From: Acidimicrobiales bacterium
GTDB lineage: Bacteria > Actinomycetota > Acidimicrobiia > Acidimicrobiales > SHLQ01
Reading direction: 5' to 3'
Assembly: GCA_020628865.1 (NCBI GenBank)
Contig: JAHDEJ010000009.1
Coordinates: 80,039-144,038, forward strand
Length of the DNA: 64,000 nt
Each line of letters opens with the position of its first letter. Position 1 is the first letter of the stretch. Below, piece by piece: positions 27,121 to 36,972 of the stretch. The notes below the pieces were generated by a model that had not been told where the DNA came from, did no database searches, and saw only the letters and a program-made list of their open reading frames with translations. The position numbers were made by a program, and so were the translations under genes.

Positions 27121-29049
27121 TCAGACGAGCGCGGCGTCGGCAACGATGTCGACGAGCGCGGGCCCGTCGTGGGCCAGTGCGGCGCTGAGGGCGCCTGCCA
27201 GCTCGTCGGCGTTCGTGACTCGGAACCCACGGGCACCGCAGTTCTCCGCAAAGGATGCGAAGTTCGGGTTGTGCAGGCTCGTCTGCCACACGTCGAGATC
27301 GGCGGAACGCTGTTCCTTCGAGATCTTGCCCAGCTCGCCGTTGTCGACCAGCACGTGGGTGATGTTCATGCCGTACTTCACGGCCGTGGTCAGTTCCATG
27401 GCGTACTGCCCAAACCCACCGTCACCCGACATGCTGACGATCTGCCGGCCCGTGTTGGCAGCCCAGGCGCCCATCGCGGCCGGGAACCCGAAGCCGATGC
27501 TGCCGAGGTAGCCGGACATGAGCACCGTATGTCGGTCAACTTCGAAGTATCGGCCGAAGCTGTACGTGTTGTTCCCCACGTCGACGGCGATCACCGCATC
27601 GGGGTCGAGTGCCTCCGTCAACTCGGCGAAGATCCGGGCAGACGCCAGGCCCTGTCCGCGATCGTCATCGGCGCGAGACGACTTCTCCGTCCGCCAGATG
27701 CTCCAACGGTCGGCGACCTCCTCGCGTCGGTCCGTCGCGGCAACTGTCGACAGCGACCGATCGAGCGCTTCCGCGACCACGCCGACGTGCCCGAGCACAC
27801 CCACGGTGACCGGATGGAATCGGCCGAGAGCCATCGGATCGTGGTCCACCTGAATGATCGGCTTGTACGGCGAGATTCCCGTGTGGTTCGCGAACGAGGC
27901 GCCGAACGCCACGATGAGATCGCTCTCGTTCATGAACCAGCTGGCGATCGGTGTGCCCGATCGGCCGAGCACACCACAACCAAGCGGATGGTGATCGCTG
28001 ATCTGCCCCTTGCCCTTGAAGGTCGTGGCGACGGGGGCTCCCAGGCGTTCCGCCAGGGCGATGATCGGTTCCATGTCGTGCCGGGCACCCGCACCGACGA
28101 TGATCAACGGCCGCTCAGCGGATCCGAGGAGCTCAGCCGCCGCATCGAGCGTCTCGGCGGGAGGTGGCGAGGTTCGCACCCACGTGCGGCCTTCCGGGCC
28201 GGACGCCGGCTCGTCACTCGGCTGGATCTGGACCTCGTCCGGGAAGATCAGGTGGGTGACATCGGATTCGACGAGCGCGGTCTTGCACGCCAGATTCATC
28301 AGCTCGGTGTGGTTGGAACCGGCGTGGACGGTCTGGCTCGTTCGAGCAACGTCGCCAAACGCGGCCTGGAGGTCGAGGTCCTGGAATGCGCCGCGGCCCA
28401 TGTTCGCCGACGGGACCTGGCCGGACAGCGCCAGCACCGGGGCCCGATCGACCTTCGCGTCGTAGAGGCCAGTGAGCAGATTGGTCGAACCCGGCCCGGC
28501 GATGCCGAAGCACGCGGCGGGACGACCGGTGAGCTTGCCGTAGCCCGAGGCCGCGAACGCGGCGGCACCCTCGTGCCGGACACCGAAGTACTGCAGGTCG
28601 CCGCGCTTCTGCGCCTGGCGTAGTGCATCGCCGAATCCGAGGTTGGAATGGCCGACGATGCCGAAGACCGCATCCACGCCCCACGCCGTCATCGTCTCGA
28701 CCAGCGCATCGGAGACGGTTCGGACCCGTGGCGGTTCCGTCGGCAGCGTGACATAGACGCCGTCCTCGCGAACCTCGACCGGGTAGCAGGCCGGCGCGTC
28801 ATCGAACGGTGGTGGTGGTGTGCCCGTCGTCGGGTCATAGTCGTACCCATGCCACGGACAACGCAGCTTGCCGTTCTCGATCGAGCCCTCGCCGAGCGGT
28901 CCGCCCTGATGGGGGCAGTGGTTGTCGAGACAACCGTAGGTTCCCTCGTGGTTGGTGACCGCAAGCGTGTGGTGGCCCACGGTGACCGTGGTGACGCGAC
29001 CCTCGTCAAGCTCGCCGTGGTCGAGAATCTTGTGGATGGACTCGCTCAT
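27121..29049 (-). CDS. Rieske [2Fe-2S] domain fused to a thiamine-pyrophosphate-dependent enzyme (acetolactate synthase / pyruvate oxidase-like)
   Basis: N-terminus CPHQGGPLGEGSIENGKLRCPWHG is the canonical CXH-X16-CXXH motif. It is followed by three-domain TPP enzyme motifs (AVFGIVGHSNLGF; GPGSTNLLTGLYDA; MSGDGGFGQYAMEL). An ATGA overlap couples it to the upstream gene. Confidence 0.8.
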   Translation of the reverse strand: MSESIHKILDHGELDEGRVTTVTVGHHTLAVTNHEGTYGCLDNHCPHQGGPLGEGSIENGKLRCPWHGYDYDPTTGTPPPPFDDAPACYPVEVREDGVYVTLPTEPPRVRTVSDALVETMTAWGVDAVFGIVGHSNLGFGDALRQAQKRGDLQYFGVRHEGAAAFAASGYGKLTGRPAACFGIAGPGSTNLLTGLYDAKVDRAPVLALSGQVPSANMGRGAFQDLDLQAAFGDVARTSQTVHAGSNHTELMNLACKTALVESDVTHLIFPDEVQIQPSDEPASGPEGRTWVRTSPPPAETLDAAAELLGSAERPLIIVGAGARHDMEPIIALAERLGAPVATTFKGKGQISDHHPLGCGVLGRSGTPIASWFMNESDLIVAFGASFANHTGISPYKPIIQVDHDPMALGRFHPVTVGVLGHVGVVAEALDRSLSTVAATDRREEVADRWSIWRTEKSSRADDDRGQGLASARIFAELTEALDPDAVIAVDVGNNTYSFGRYFEVDRHTVLMSGYLGSIGFGFPAAMGAWAANTGRQIVSMSGDGGFGQYAMELTTAVKYGMNITHVLVDNGELGKISKEQRSADLDVWQTSLHNPNFASFAENCGARGFRVTNADELAGALSAALAHDGPALVDIVADAALV

Positions 29050-30656
29050 GCGTGCACACCTCCGTAGGCGATGCCGGCCAGGTGGGCCATGTCCCGATCG
29101 AAGGTCGTGAGGTCATCGAGGCAGAAGTCCTGGAGGCTGGAGTGGCCGCAGGCCCGCGCCAGCACCTCCATCAACTCGACGGTGGCCTCGAAGAAGCGGG
29201 TGAGCCGCTGGGCTGCCTCGTCCACCACGAGGCGGGACCGAAGGTCCTGGCGTTGCGTGGCGATACCGACCGGGCAGTTGTCCGTGTTGCAGGCCCGCAT
29301 GCCGAGGCAGCCGATTGCCTGCAGGGCGGCGTTCGACACGGCGATGGCGTCTGCGCCGAGCGCAAGCGCCTTTGCAAAGTCGGTGTGGCTCCGCAACCCT
29401 CCGGTGATGACGAGGGTGATGTCCGTCCGACCGGTGGCGTCGAGATGTCGGCGAGCTCGAGCAAGTGCAGGAATCGTCGGAACCGAGATGTGATCGCGGA
29501 AGAGCGACGGTGCGGCACCGGTACCGCCGCCGCGGCCGTCGAGAATGACGTAATCCACGCCGATCCGCAGCGCCGCGTCGATGTCCTCCTCGATGCGCTG
29601 CGCCGAGAGCTTCGCCCCGATCGGGATTCCGCCGGATGCTTCACGCACCTGGTCGGCGAGTTCGCGGAACTCATCCTCGCTGGTGAGGTCCGGGAACGTG
29701 GGCGGCGAGATCGCATCCTGGCCTTCCGGTAGTCCACGCACCTCCGCAATCTTGCCGGTCACCTTGTGGCCCGGCAGATGCCCACCGGTGCCGGTCTTCG
29801 CTCCCTGCCCGAACTTGAAGTGGAAGGCCTGCACGTTCCGAACCTTCTCGAGGTCCCAGCCGAAGCGACCGGACGCCAGCTCGTAGAAGTAACGATCGTT
29901 CTCTGCGTGCTCCTCGGGAAGCATGCCGCCCTCACCCGAGCAGATACCCGTACCGGCGGCGTTCGCTCCTCGGGACAGCGCAACCTTCGCCTCTTCTGAC
30001 AGGGCGCCGTAGGACATGTCGGACACGAACAGCGGGATGTCGAGCTCGAGCGGCGCGGCGGCGTTCGGCCCGATCACGACGGAGGTCGCCACGTCGACGT
30101 CGTCGAGCAACGGTCGCTTGGCCAGCTGACCGGTCACGAACTGAATGTCGTCCCACTTCGGGAGCTGATTCCGAGGGACGCCCATGGCCGTGGTCGGGCC
30201 GTGGTGTCCGAGCTTCGAGAGTCCCTCGGCCGCCAGCTGCCGAATCAACGCCACGTGGGGCTCGTCATCGGTGCCGTGCAGATCCTGATAGGCGCCTTGG
30301 TACGCATCGCGGTCGTAGGGCTGCGGGTTGTCCTTCTCCCAGGCGAGGATCTCGTCGAGGTCGACGAAGAGATCGCCATCCTCGAGCCACGACGAGAACT
30401 TTGTGAGGCGTTCGGCGTTGTTGTAGCTCGACACTCCGGTGCGGAAGCCGTAGTCCCATCCGTGCACACCACAGATCAGGTTCTCGCCGTCGACGCGACC
30501 GTCGGCCATCATCGCGCCGCGATGCAGACAGCGGCCGTAGAGAACGGAGTGATTGTCGTCGAAGCGGACGATGACGAGATCGACGTTGGACACGAGTGCG
30601 CCCACCGGTGTGCGATCTTCGACGTCGGCCCAGGTTGCGATCTTGTGTGGTTGCAC
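29046..30656 (-). CDS. Rieske [2Fe-2S] domain fused to a glutamate-synthase-like FMN oxidoreductase (GltB domain-2 / COG0069 type)
   Basis: N-terminus CLHRGAMMADGRVDGENLICGVHGW is CXH-X16-CXXH. It is followed by LFVSDMSYGALSEEAKVALSRGANAAGTGICSGEGG, GAKTGTGGHLPG and DGRGGGTGAAP, typical of glutamate synthase-related FMN proteins. Confidence 0.8.
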   Translation of the reverse strand: MQPHKIATWADVEDRTPVGALVSNVDLVIVRFDDNHSVLYGRCLHRGAMMADGRVDGENLICGVHGWDYGFRTGVSSYNNAERLTKFSSWLEDGDLFVDLDEILAWEKDNPQPYDRDAYQGAYQDLHGTDDEPHVALIRQLAAEGLSKLGHHGPTTAMGVPRNQLPKWDDIQFVTGQLAKRPLLDDVDVATSVVIGPNAAAPLELDIPLFVSDMSYGALSEEAKVALSRGANAAGTGICSGEGGMLPEEHAENDRYFYELASGRFGWDLEKVRNVQAFHFKFGQGAKTGTGGHLPGHKVTGKIAEVRGLPEGQDAISPPTFPDLTSEDEFRELADQVREASGGIPIGAKLSAQRIEEDIDAALRIGVDYVILDGRGGGTGAAPSLFRDHISVPTIPALARARRHLDATGRTDITLVITGGLRSHTDFAKALALGADAIAVSNAALQAIGCLGMRACNTDNCPVGIATQRQDLRSRLVVDEAAQRLTRFFEATVELMEVLARACGHSSLQDFCLDDLTTFDRDMAHLAGIAYGGVHA

Positions 30657-30842
30657 GCGGCGGAGTCCCTCCCGGGAGTTGCGAAGAAACCGCCAGTCTT
30701 CGATCGGCCGAGTCGGTTGTCACGGTCAGGAGACGACAAACGTTGGTCGGAACCCGACGACTTCGCGGTCGGACGAAAGTCGACGCTCGGTGCCCCCGTA
30801 CGTTGGCCTCACCGCCACTTCGAGGAGACGCAGGATCGAGCC

Positions 30843-31616
30843 ATGAGCGACCAAACGGATCAGCGAAACGCCCCACCGGCCACGAGCTCGGAGAGGACGG
30901 TGGCCCGGTTGGTCAACGCGACCAAGAGATTCGGAGCCGGCGATGCGGCCGTCACGGCATTGAACGACGCCACCATCGAGTTCCGAAAGGGCGAGTTCAC
31001 CGCCGTGATGGGACCGAGCGGTTCCGGCAAGTCGACCCTCATGTACTGCCAGTCCGGACTCGACCGGCTGACGAGCGGCCACGCCTACATCGGCGATGTG
31101 GATGTGTCCACGCTGTCCGACCAGGAACTATCCGTCATGCGTCGGTCCACCCTCGGATTCATCTTCCAGTCCTTCCATCTGGTGCCGGCACTCACGTCGC
31201 GCGAGAACATCACCCTTCCGGTCGACCTCAACGCAGACGCCGAGGTCGACGAAGCATTCCTGAACGAGCTGGCAGTTGTCCTGGGCATCGAACATCGACT
31301 CGAGAACCTGCCCAGCCAACTCTCTGGCGGGCAGCGCCAGCGGGTGGCCGTCGCCCGAGCAATGATTCCCCGACCGGAGGTGATCTTCGCCGACGAGCCG
31401 ACAGGCGCCCTGGATTCGAAGACGTCCGGTGAACTCCTTGCCTATCTGCGAACGGCGGTGGACGACCTGGGTCAGACCATCGTGATGGTCACCCACGACG
31501 CCGTGGCGGCCAGCCACTGCGATCGAGTCGTCTACGTCCAGGACGGCGTGCTGGTCGACGAGGGACGCAATCCCACGGTCGACGACGTCCTCGGCAAGAT
31601 CCGTGAGCTCAGCTGA
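30843..31616 (+). CDS. ABC transporter ATP-binding protein (MacB/LolD type)
   Basis: The ATG at 30843 was chosen inside ORF 30201..31616. Walker [11 protein letters not shown], signature [14 protein letters not shown] and Walker [13 protein letters not shown] are present. Confidence 0.9.
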   Translation: MSDQTDQRNAPPATSSERTVARLVNATKRFGAGDAAVTALNDATIEFRKGEFTAVMGPSGSGKSTLMYCQSGLDRLTSGHAYIGDVDVSTLSDQELSVMRRSTLGFIFQSFHLVPALTSRENITLPVDLNADAEVDEAFLNELAVVLGIEHRLENLPSQLSGGQRQRVAVARAMIPRPEVIFADEPTGALDSKTSGELLAYLRTAVDDLGQTIVMVTHDAVAASHCDRVVYVQDGVLVDEGRNPTVDDVLGKIRELS

Positions 31617-34134
31617 CATGATTCGTCGAACACTGAAGCTCGCCTGGTTCAAACGCAACCGCTACGCACTCACGGTCGTCGCGATCGCCCTGTCCGTTGC
31701 GTTCATCGTCTCGACCTTGTTGCTGACCACCTCGATTTCCGACGTCGGTGAACCGCTGCGCTCCGCCTACGACAATGTCGATGTCGTGGTCACCGGGCCC
31801 GAGGTTGCCGGGGGCGATGGGCCCGTGCAGGCAATTTCTGCTCCCGTGCCGGAAGCGGTCGTGGCCGACCTGACGCGGGCGGGCCAGATGGCTGTCGGAT
31901 TCGCCGACCCCTACGCGCAAGTGCTCACCGCCGAAGGGCAGGCGGGTGGACAAGACCAGGCGGCTGCGAACGTTGCCGAGCCCTGGTTGGGTGGCTCGCC
32001 GCTCAATGGCTTTGCCATTGTTGAAGGCGCCACGCCCGAGACCGTCGGCGAGGCCGTCCTCGACGTGTCGACGGCGAACGCTGCGTCACTCGACGTTGGC
32101 TCGACCATCAACTTCGTGACGGATCTCGGTGTACAGGAGGCGACCCTCGTCGGGCTCGCGACCTTTGGTGGCGCAGACAACGACCCGTACACGTCGACCA
32201 TTCTCCTCTCACCGGAGCACCAGATCTTTGGGTCGGGTGATGGCTTCCAACGCGTGCTCGTGGCCGACGCCAGCGTGGCCGACGTTGCGGCGATGGCCCC
32301 CGGCATGGAGATCCAGTCCGGATCCGATTGGGTCCAGTCCCAACAGGACGCACTCAACGACTTCCTCGGGTTCTTCAGCACCTTCCTCACCGTGTTCGCT
32401 GTCGTCGCCGTGGTGGTCGGCATGGTCATCGTCACCAACACCTTCACCGTGTCGCTGTCGCAGCGCACCCAGGAGCTTGCGCTCCTCCGGCTTGTGGGGA
32501 CGACTCGTCGGCAGTTGCTTTCGCAGGTGGTTCTCGAGGCCGTACTGCTCGGCGCCGTCGGTACGGGGATCGGGCTCCTGCTCGGATTGGCGGGAGTTTC
32601 GGTGCTGGGATGGTTTCTCGACGTGCTCGGCCTGGTGATCGAACGATCGAGCGAGACCTCTCCGACAGCGCTTGCGATCGGCGTGATCGTCGGTCTGGGT
32701 GTCACCGTCGTGGCATCGGTTCGACCCGCCTGGAAGTCCACCGAGGTCGCCCCAATCGAAGCGCTCCGCTCCTCGGAGGTCGACCTGGTGGACGGTGGTG
32801 GTCGTCGACGCTTCATGACGGCCGCGACGCTCGCCATCGGTCTCGCATCGCTTGCGTGGGGCATCGCCCAGAGCGACATCCTGTTCACCGGAGTCGCCAT
32901 TGGGGCGATCTTCCTCGCTCTCTACCTCGGGGCTGATTCGTTGGTCCGTGTTGCTGCCCGAATGACGCGACCGATTCTCGGTCGGGCCGGCCCGACGGGC
33001 ACGATTGCCAGCCGCAATCTGGAGAAGAACGCGGGCCGCACTGCTGCTGCAGCGAGCGCCCTGATGATCGGCATCGCGCTGATTGGGTTCTTCACGCTCA
33101 TGGCCGCGACGATCGGTCAGTTCATCGCCGGCGATGCCGGCGAAGCGTTGGAGACGGACCTCGTGGTCCAGGGCATCGGCAGCCAACCGGAGCCGGCATT
33201 GAGCGACGCAGTGTTGGAACAGATCGTCGGTGTTGATGGTGTCGACGTCCTCGTGCCGCTCTATCAGACGTCGGTCAGCCCAGCCGGTGACGTGGAGTTC
33301 GAACGTGCCGGTCCGGGCGGTGGCAGTGGCCTGGGGGTGGCCTTGACCGATGTCGAGGCGCTCGACGCTGCCTACACCTTTGTGTTGAACGCCGGCTCGC
33401 TCGACGACGTCGGCGGGTCGAGCGTCGTCATTGATCAGGCGACTGCGGATGGGTTCACGCTCTCGGTCGGCGATTCACTCACCGTCACCTCGCTCGCCGG
33501 ACCAGTGGACCTGGGGATCGCAGCGATCATCGAGACTTCGCTTCCCGGCTCGCCCCAACCGGCGATCATCGGAGACCTCACGTTGCGGGCCGCGCTCGGA
33601 TACGGGGATCCGGCCACTGCGGCGTACATCGTCGGCCCCGCACTCGCCAGCGAGGTCAACGATGCGATCGATCTCCCCACGGTCGAGGTCGTCTCTCGCA
33701 CCGACTACATCGACGGTTTGAGCTCCAACCTCGACACGATTCTGGCGCTGGTCTACGCGCTGCTGGCGGTGGCGGTTCTCGTGGCCCTCATCGGCATTGC
33801 GAACACCGTCTCGTTGGCGATCTCCGAGCGGGTCGGCGAGATTGCTGCCACCCGGGCGGCTGGAGCTTCCAGCCGGCAGATCTTCTGGTCGCTGCTGGCC
33901 GAGTTCGGGCTGTTGGCCATCGTGGGCATCGTGTCGGGGCTCGTGTTCGCCTGGATCGCCGCGGCTTCGCTCTTCAACGCGCTCTCTGGCGGGCAGATCG
34001 GCACGCCCGAGGTCGACGTGCTCACGGCACTGCTGATCGTCGCCGCCGGACTCGGCGGGGCATTGATCGCCAGCTGGTTCCCAGCCAGATCGGCGGCCAC
34101 CACCGACATTCTCGACGTGCTTCGCGCTGATTGA
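31603..34134 (+). CDS. ABC transporter permease with two FtsX/MacB-type domains
   Basis: 843 aa. Two blocks of four TM helices are each preceded by a large extracytoplasmic domain. The RTQELALLRLVGTTRRQL and RVGEIAATRAAGASSRQI linker motifs are present. Confidence 0.85.
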   Translation: MSSADMIRRTLKLAWFKRNRYALTVVAIALSVAFIVSTLLLTTSISDVGEPLRSAYDNVDVVVTGPEVAGGDGPVQAISAPVPEAVVADLTRAGQMAVGFADPYAQVLTAEGQAGGQDQAAANVAEPWLGGSPLNGFAIVEGATPETVGEAVLDVSTANAASLDVGSTINFVTDLGVQEATLVGLATFGGADNDPYTSTILLSPEHQIFGSGDGFQRVLVADASVADVAAMAPGMEIQSGSDWVQSQQDALNDFLGFFSTFLTVFAVVAVVVGMVIVTNTFTVSLSQRTQELALLRLVGTTRRQLLSQVVLEAVLLGAVGTGIGLLLGLAGVSVLGWFLDVLGLVIERSSETSPTALAIGVIVGLGVTVVASVRPAWKSTEVAPIEALRSSEVDLVDGGGRRRFMTAATLAIGLASLAWGIAQSDILFTGVAIGAIFLALYLGADSLVRVAARMTRPILGRAGPTGTIASRNLEKNAGRTAAAASALMIGIALIGFFTLMAATIGQFIAGDAGEALETDLVVQGIGSQPEPALSDAVLEQIVGVDGVDVLVPLYQTSVSPAGDVEFERAGPGGGSGLGVALTDVEALDAAYTFVLNAGSLDDVGGSSVVIDQATADGFTLSVGDSLTVTSLAGPVDLGIAAIIETSLPGSPQPAIIGDLTLRAALGYGDPATAAYIVGPALASEVNDAIDLPTVEVVSRTDYIDGLSSNLDTILALVYALLAVAVLVALIGIANTVSLAISERVGEIAATRAAGASSRQIFWSLLAEFGLLAIVGIVSGLVFAWIAAASLFNALSGGQIGTPEVDVLTALLIVAAGLGGALIASWFPARSAATTDILDVLRAD

Positions 34135-34146
34135 TCCAAAAGAGTC

Positions 34147-34179
34147 GGAGGGGGCGGAGCCATTTGGCCCGCCCCCTCC
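34147..34179. terminator. bidirectional terminator hairpin
   Basis: GGAGGGGGCGG (34147-34157) pairs with CCGCCCCCTCC (34169-34179) in an 11-bp stem between convergent genes. A second small hairpin CCTCC-GATT-GGAGG follows. Confidence 0.65.
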
Positions 34180-34200
34180 GGTACGCCTCCGATTGGAGGA

Positions 34201-34578
34201 TCAGACGGTCGCTGCGCTGCGCTGCATGAGTGCGGCTCGGGCGCAGATTCCCAGGCACACGATCTCGATGAGCATGATGACGAAGAACGCCACGTTGAAC
34301 TCGACGATCACATCGCTGAGCTCACGACAGATGGCCCCGGCGAACGCGGCGGCATAGCCCGCGGCGTGCCGCATGGCGACCGCCACGAGCATTGCGATGC
34401 CGAGGCCCATGTTGCGGCCGGCCCACGACGTGGCGAGATCGTCCGCGCCGGCAACGAAGTTGACTGCCGAGGTCGGGTCGGCGAGCGCCGAGATGCCGAT
34501 GACCGTGCCGCCGACGCCCATGAGGATGGCGAAGGCGGTGATGGCGATGTGGACGCCCTCAGCTTTGATGACGTTCAT
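34201..34578 (-). CDS. small integral membrane protein, unknown function
   Basis: The ATG at 34578 is preceded by GGGAGA. The 125-aa product has about 4 hydrophobic helices (HIAITAFAILMGVGGTVIGI..; FFVIMLIEIVCLGI). Confidence 0.55.
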   Translation of the reverse strand: MNVIKAEGVHIAITAFAILMGVGGTVIGISALADPTSAVNFVAGADDLATSWAGRNMGLGIAMLVAVAMRHAAGYAAAFAGAICRELSDVIVEFNVAFFVIMLIEIVCLGICARAALMQRSAATV

Positions 34579-34723
34579 GTGGAGTCTCCCCTGTGAGATC
34601 TGGCCGTCTGGCCAGGCGAAGGGCAGTCTCCAGCCGAGCGGCTCGAGCGTCGAGGTCATGATTCGACCCGCGCTGGTGAAGATCAGACAGATCTGCCGCA
34701 GCTACGGGTGAAGAGGAAGGGGT

Positions 34724-36667
34724 TCAGATGTCCAGGAAGCGAACGTCTTTGGCGTTCGTCTGGATGAAGTGCTTGCGGCGGCCGACGTCCTCGCCCATGA
34801 GCGTGCTGAACACTTCGTCGGCAATGGCGGCCTGATCGACCGAGACCTGGAGGAGCGTGCGGTCCCCCGGGTTCATGGTCGTCTCGGCAAGCTCCTGCCA
34901 CTGCATTTCGCCCAAGCCCTTCAGGCGCTGGAAGTCCTTCTTGTGCTTGGGGTTCTCCTCCATGAACTGATCCTTTTCACGATCGTCCTTGAGGTACAAC
35001 TTTTCCTTGCCCACCGTCGTGGAATACAGCGGCGGCTGCGCGATGTAGATGTGGTTGTTCTCCACCAGCTCACGCATCTGCCGGAAGAAGAAGGTGAGCA
35101 GCAGGGTGCGGATGTGGCTGCCGTCCACATCGGCGTCCGCCAGCAGGATGATCTTGTGGTAGCGGATCTTGGTGATGTCGAACTCTTCGGCGATGCCGGC
35201 GCCGATCGCCTGAGCGAGGGTCTGGACTTCCTGGTTCTTCAGCATCTTGTCGATGCGGGCGCGTTCGACGTTGAGGATCTTGCCGCGGATCGGGAGAATC
35301 GCCATCGTGCGGGGATCGCGGGCCTGGATGGCCGAGCCACCGGCGGAGTCGCCCTCCACGATGAACAGCTCGCGTTCGCGCGGGTCCTTCGAGGAGCAGT
35401 CCTTGAGCTTCTCCGGCATGCCGGCGCCATCGAGCGCCGTCTTGTTGCGAATGGTGTCTCGAGCGGCGCGAGCGGCTTCACGGGCCCGCTGAGCGGCAAT
35501 GGCCTTGTTGATGATGAGCTTGCCCTCGGCCGGGTTCTCCTCGAGCCACTCGGCCAGCTTGTCGTTGGTGGCCTTCTCGACCATGGAACGAACGGACACG
35601 TTGCCGAGCTTGTCCTTGGTCTGCCCTTCGAACTGCGGGTCCTGCAGGCGCACGGAGATGATGGCAGTGAGACCTTCGCGGACATCGTCGCCCGACAGCG
35701 ACTCGGTTTCCTTGAGGAGGTTCTTTGCCTGGCCGTAGTTGTTGATCGTTCGGGTGAGGGCGGACCGGAAGCCGGTCTCGTGCATGCCGCCGCCACCGGT
35801 GGTGATGCCGTTGGCGAAGCTGTGGAGGCCATCGGCATTGAAGCCGGTGTTCCACTGGAAGGCGATCTCGACCTCCTGCGTCTCCTCCGCCACCTCGTAG
35901 TAGCCGACCTTGCTGAAGAGGGCTTCCTTCGACTGGTTCACGTGGCGAACGAAGTCGATGATGCCGCCCTCGTAGTGGAACTCGATCCAGCCGTCTTCGT
36001 CGGCGTCCTCATGGGGCTCATCGCGGCGGAGATCCTGGAACCGGATCTTCAGGCCGCGGTTCAGGAACGCCATCATCTGGAAGCGGTCGAGCAGGGTCTG
36101 GGCCCGGAAGTCCGTCTCCTCGAAGATGGTGTCGTCCGGCCAGAAACGGACGGTCGTGCCCGTGCGTCCGTCCGGCGCTTCGCCCCGAACCTCGAGCTTG
36201 GTTTGGACGTTGCCGCCGTCGGCGAAGTCCATGTAGTGGTGGTCGCCCTGGCGGTCGATCTGGACCTCGACCCGCTTCGACAGTGCGTTCACGACCGAGA
36301 TGCCCACGCCGTGCAGGCCGCCGGACACCTTGTAGCCACCGCCACCGAACTTGCCACCGGCGTGCAGCACGGTCATGACGACCTCGGCCGCCGACATGCC
36401 CTCGTACTTCGGGTGTTCGCCGGTGGGGATGCCGCGACCGTCGTCTCGGACCTCGGCGGAACCGTCGGGATGGATGACGACCTCGATGGCCGAGCAGAAA
36501 CCGGCCATGGCTTCGTCGACCGAGTTGTCGACGACTTCGTAGACGAGGTGGTGCAGACCCTGTGGGCCGGTGGACCCGATGTACATGCCCGGGCGCTTTC
36601 GAACCGCCTCGAGGCCCTCAAGAACGGTGATGTTCTCCGCGCTGTAAGACTCCGGTGAATCAGCCAC
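34724..36667 (-). CDS. gyrB: DNA gyrase subunit B
   Basis: VLEGLEAVRKRPGMYIGSTG, HHLVYEVVDNSVDEAMAG, GGLHGVG, EGDSAGGSA and PIRGKILNVE are present. The GTG at 36667 (VADSPESYSAENI) has a GGAAGGGG Shine-Dalgarno 8 nt upstream. The longer ORF extension is Arg-rich junk. Confidence 0.97.
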   Translation of the reverse strand: MADSPESYSAENITVLEGLEAVRKRPGMYIGSTGPQGLHHLVYEVVDNSVDEAMAGFCSAIEVVIHPDGSAEVRDDGRGIPTGEHPKYEGMSAAEVVMTVLHAGGKFGGGGYKVSGGLHGVGISVVNALSKRVEVQIDRQGDHHYMDFADGGNVQTKLEVRGEAPDGRTGTTVRFWPDDTIFEETDFRAQTLLDRFQMMAFLNRGLKIRFQDLRRDEPHEDADEDGWIEFHYEGGIIDFVRHVNQSKEALFSKVGYYEVAEETQEVEIAFQWNTGFNADGLHSFANGITTGGGGMHETGFRSALTRTINNYGQAKNLLKETESLSGDDVREGLTAIISVRLQDPQFEGQTKDKLGNVSVRSMVEKATNDKLAEWLEENPAEGKLIINKAIAAQRAREAARAARDTIRNKTALDGAGMPEKLKDCSSKDPRERELFIVEGDSAGGSAIQARDPRTMAILPIRGKILNVERARIDKMLKNQEVQTLAQAIGAGIAEEFDITKIRYHKIILLADADVDGSHIRTLLLTFFFRQMRELVENNHIYIAQPPLYSTTVGKEKLYLKDDREKDQFMEENPKHKKDFQRLKGLGEMQWQELAETTMNPGDRTLLQVSVDQAAIADEVFSTLMGEDVGRRKHFIQTNAKDVRFLDI

Positions 36668-36705
36668 GAGACATACCCCTTCCGTCGAGAAATTACGACC
36701 TTGTA

Positions 36706-36711
36706 AGTCTA
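36706..36711 (-). promoter_or_regulatory. -10-like hexamer TAGACT upstream of gyrB
   Basis: Minus strand reads CTGGTAGACTTACAAGG, about 39 nt upstream of the GTG start. Confidence 0.25.
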
Positions 36712-36758
36712 CCAGAGCAGGGGTGACATCCGGCTCCTCCCGCCCATTTGGCCACCGG

Positions 36759-36767
36759 TTGTCCACA
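36759..36767. promoter_or_regulatory. DnaA-box-like 9-mer TTGTCCACA
   Basis: Exact match to the actinobacterial DnaA-box form TTGTCCACA. It lies next to the AT-rich palindrome CTTGATTTTTCAAG (36777-36790) in the gyrB upstream region. Confidence 0.4.
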
Positions 36768-36972
36768 GGCGATTTTTCTTGATTTTTCAAGCAAACGGAC
36801 AGGTGGCTCTGTCGATCGATTGCGAAGCTCGTGTCGTGACGGCAGGGCGGATCCTGATGGTTCCGACGGCGACGGCGCCGTGCATCTGCCCGGCGCGTCC
36901 GGTCAGGTCGGGTCCAGTGCAATAGGCCGAGGATCGGGACGGCTCACCGACGGCTTGAGTGAGCCAGCGACA

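Noticed and set aside
30657-30842. TPP riboswitch upstream of the Rieske-TPP operon
   Set aside because: I looked for the conserved CTGAGA and ACCTGATCTGGATAATGCCAGCG-type elements on the minus strand and did not find them. In any case, a TPP-using enzyme is not a thiamine biosynthesis gene.
34769-36658. 629-aa ORF on the plus strand
   Set aside because: It is an antisense shadow of gyrB with low-complexity composition and no motifs.
36668-36972. Chromosomal replication origin (oriC)
   Set aside because: Only one DnaA-box 9-mer and one short AT-rich patch are present. oriC should have a cluster of boxes and normally lies between dnaA and dnaN, and neither gene is in this window.
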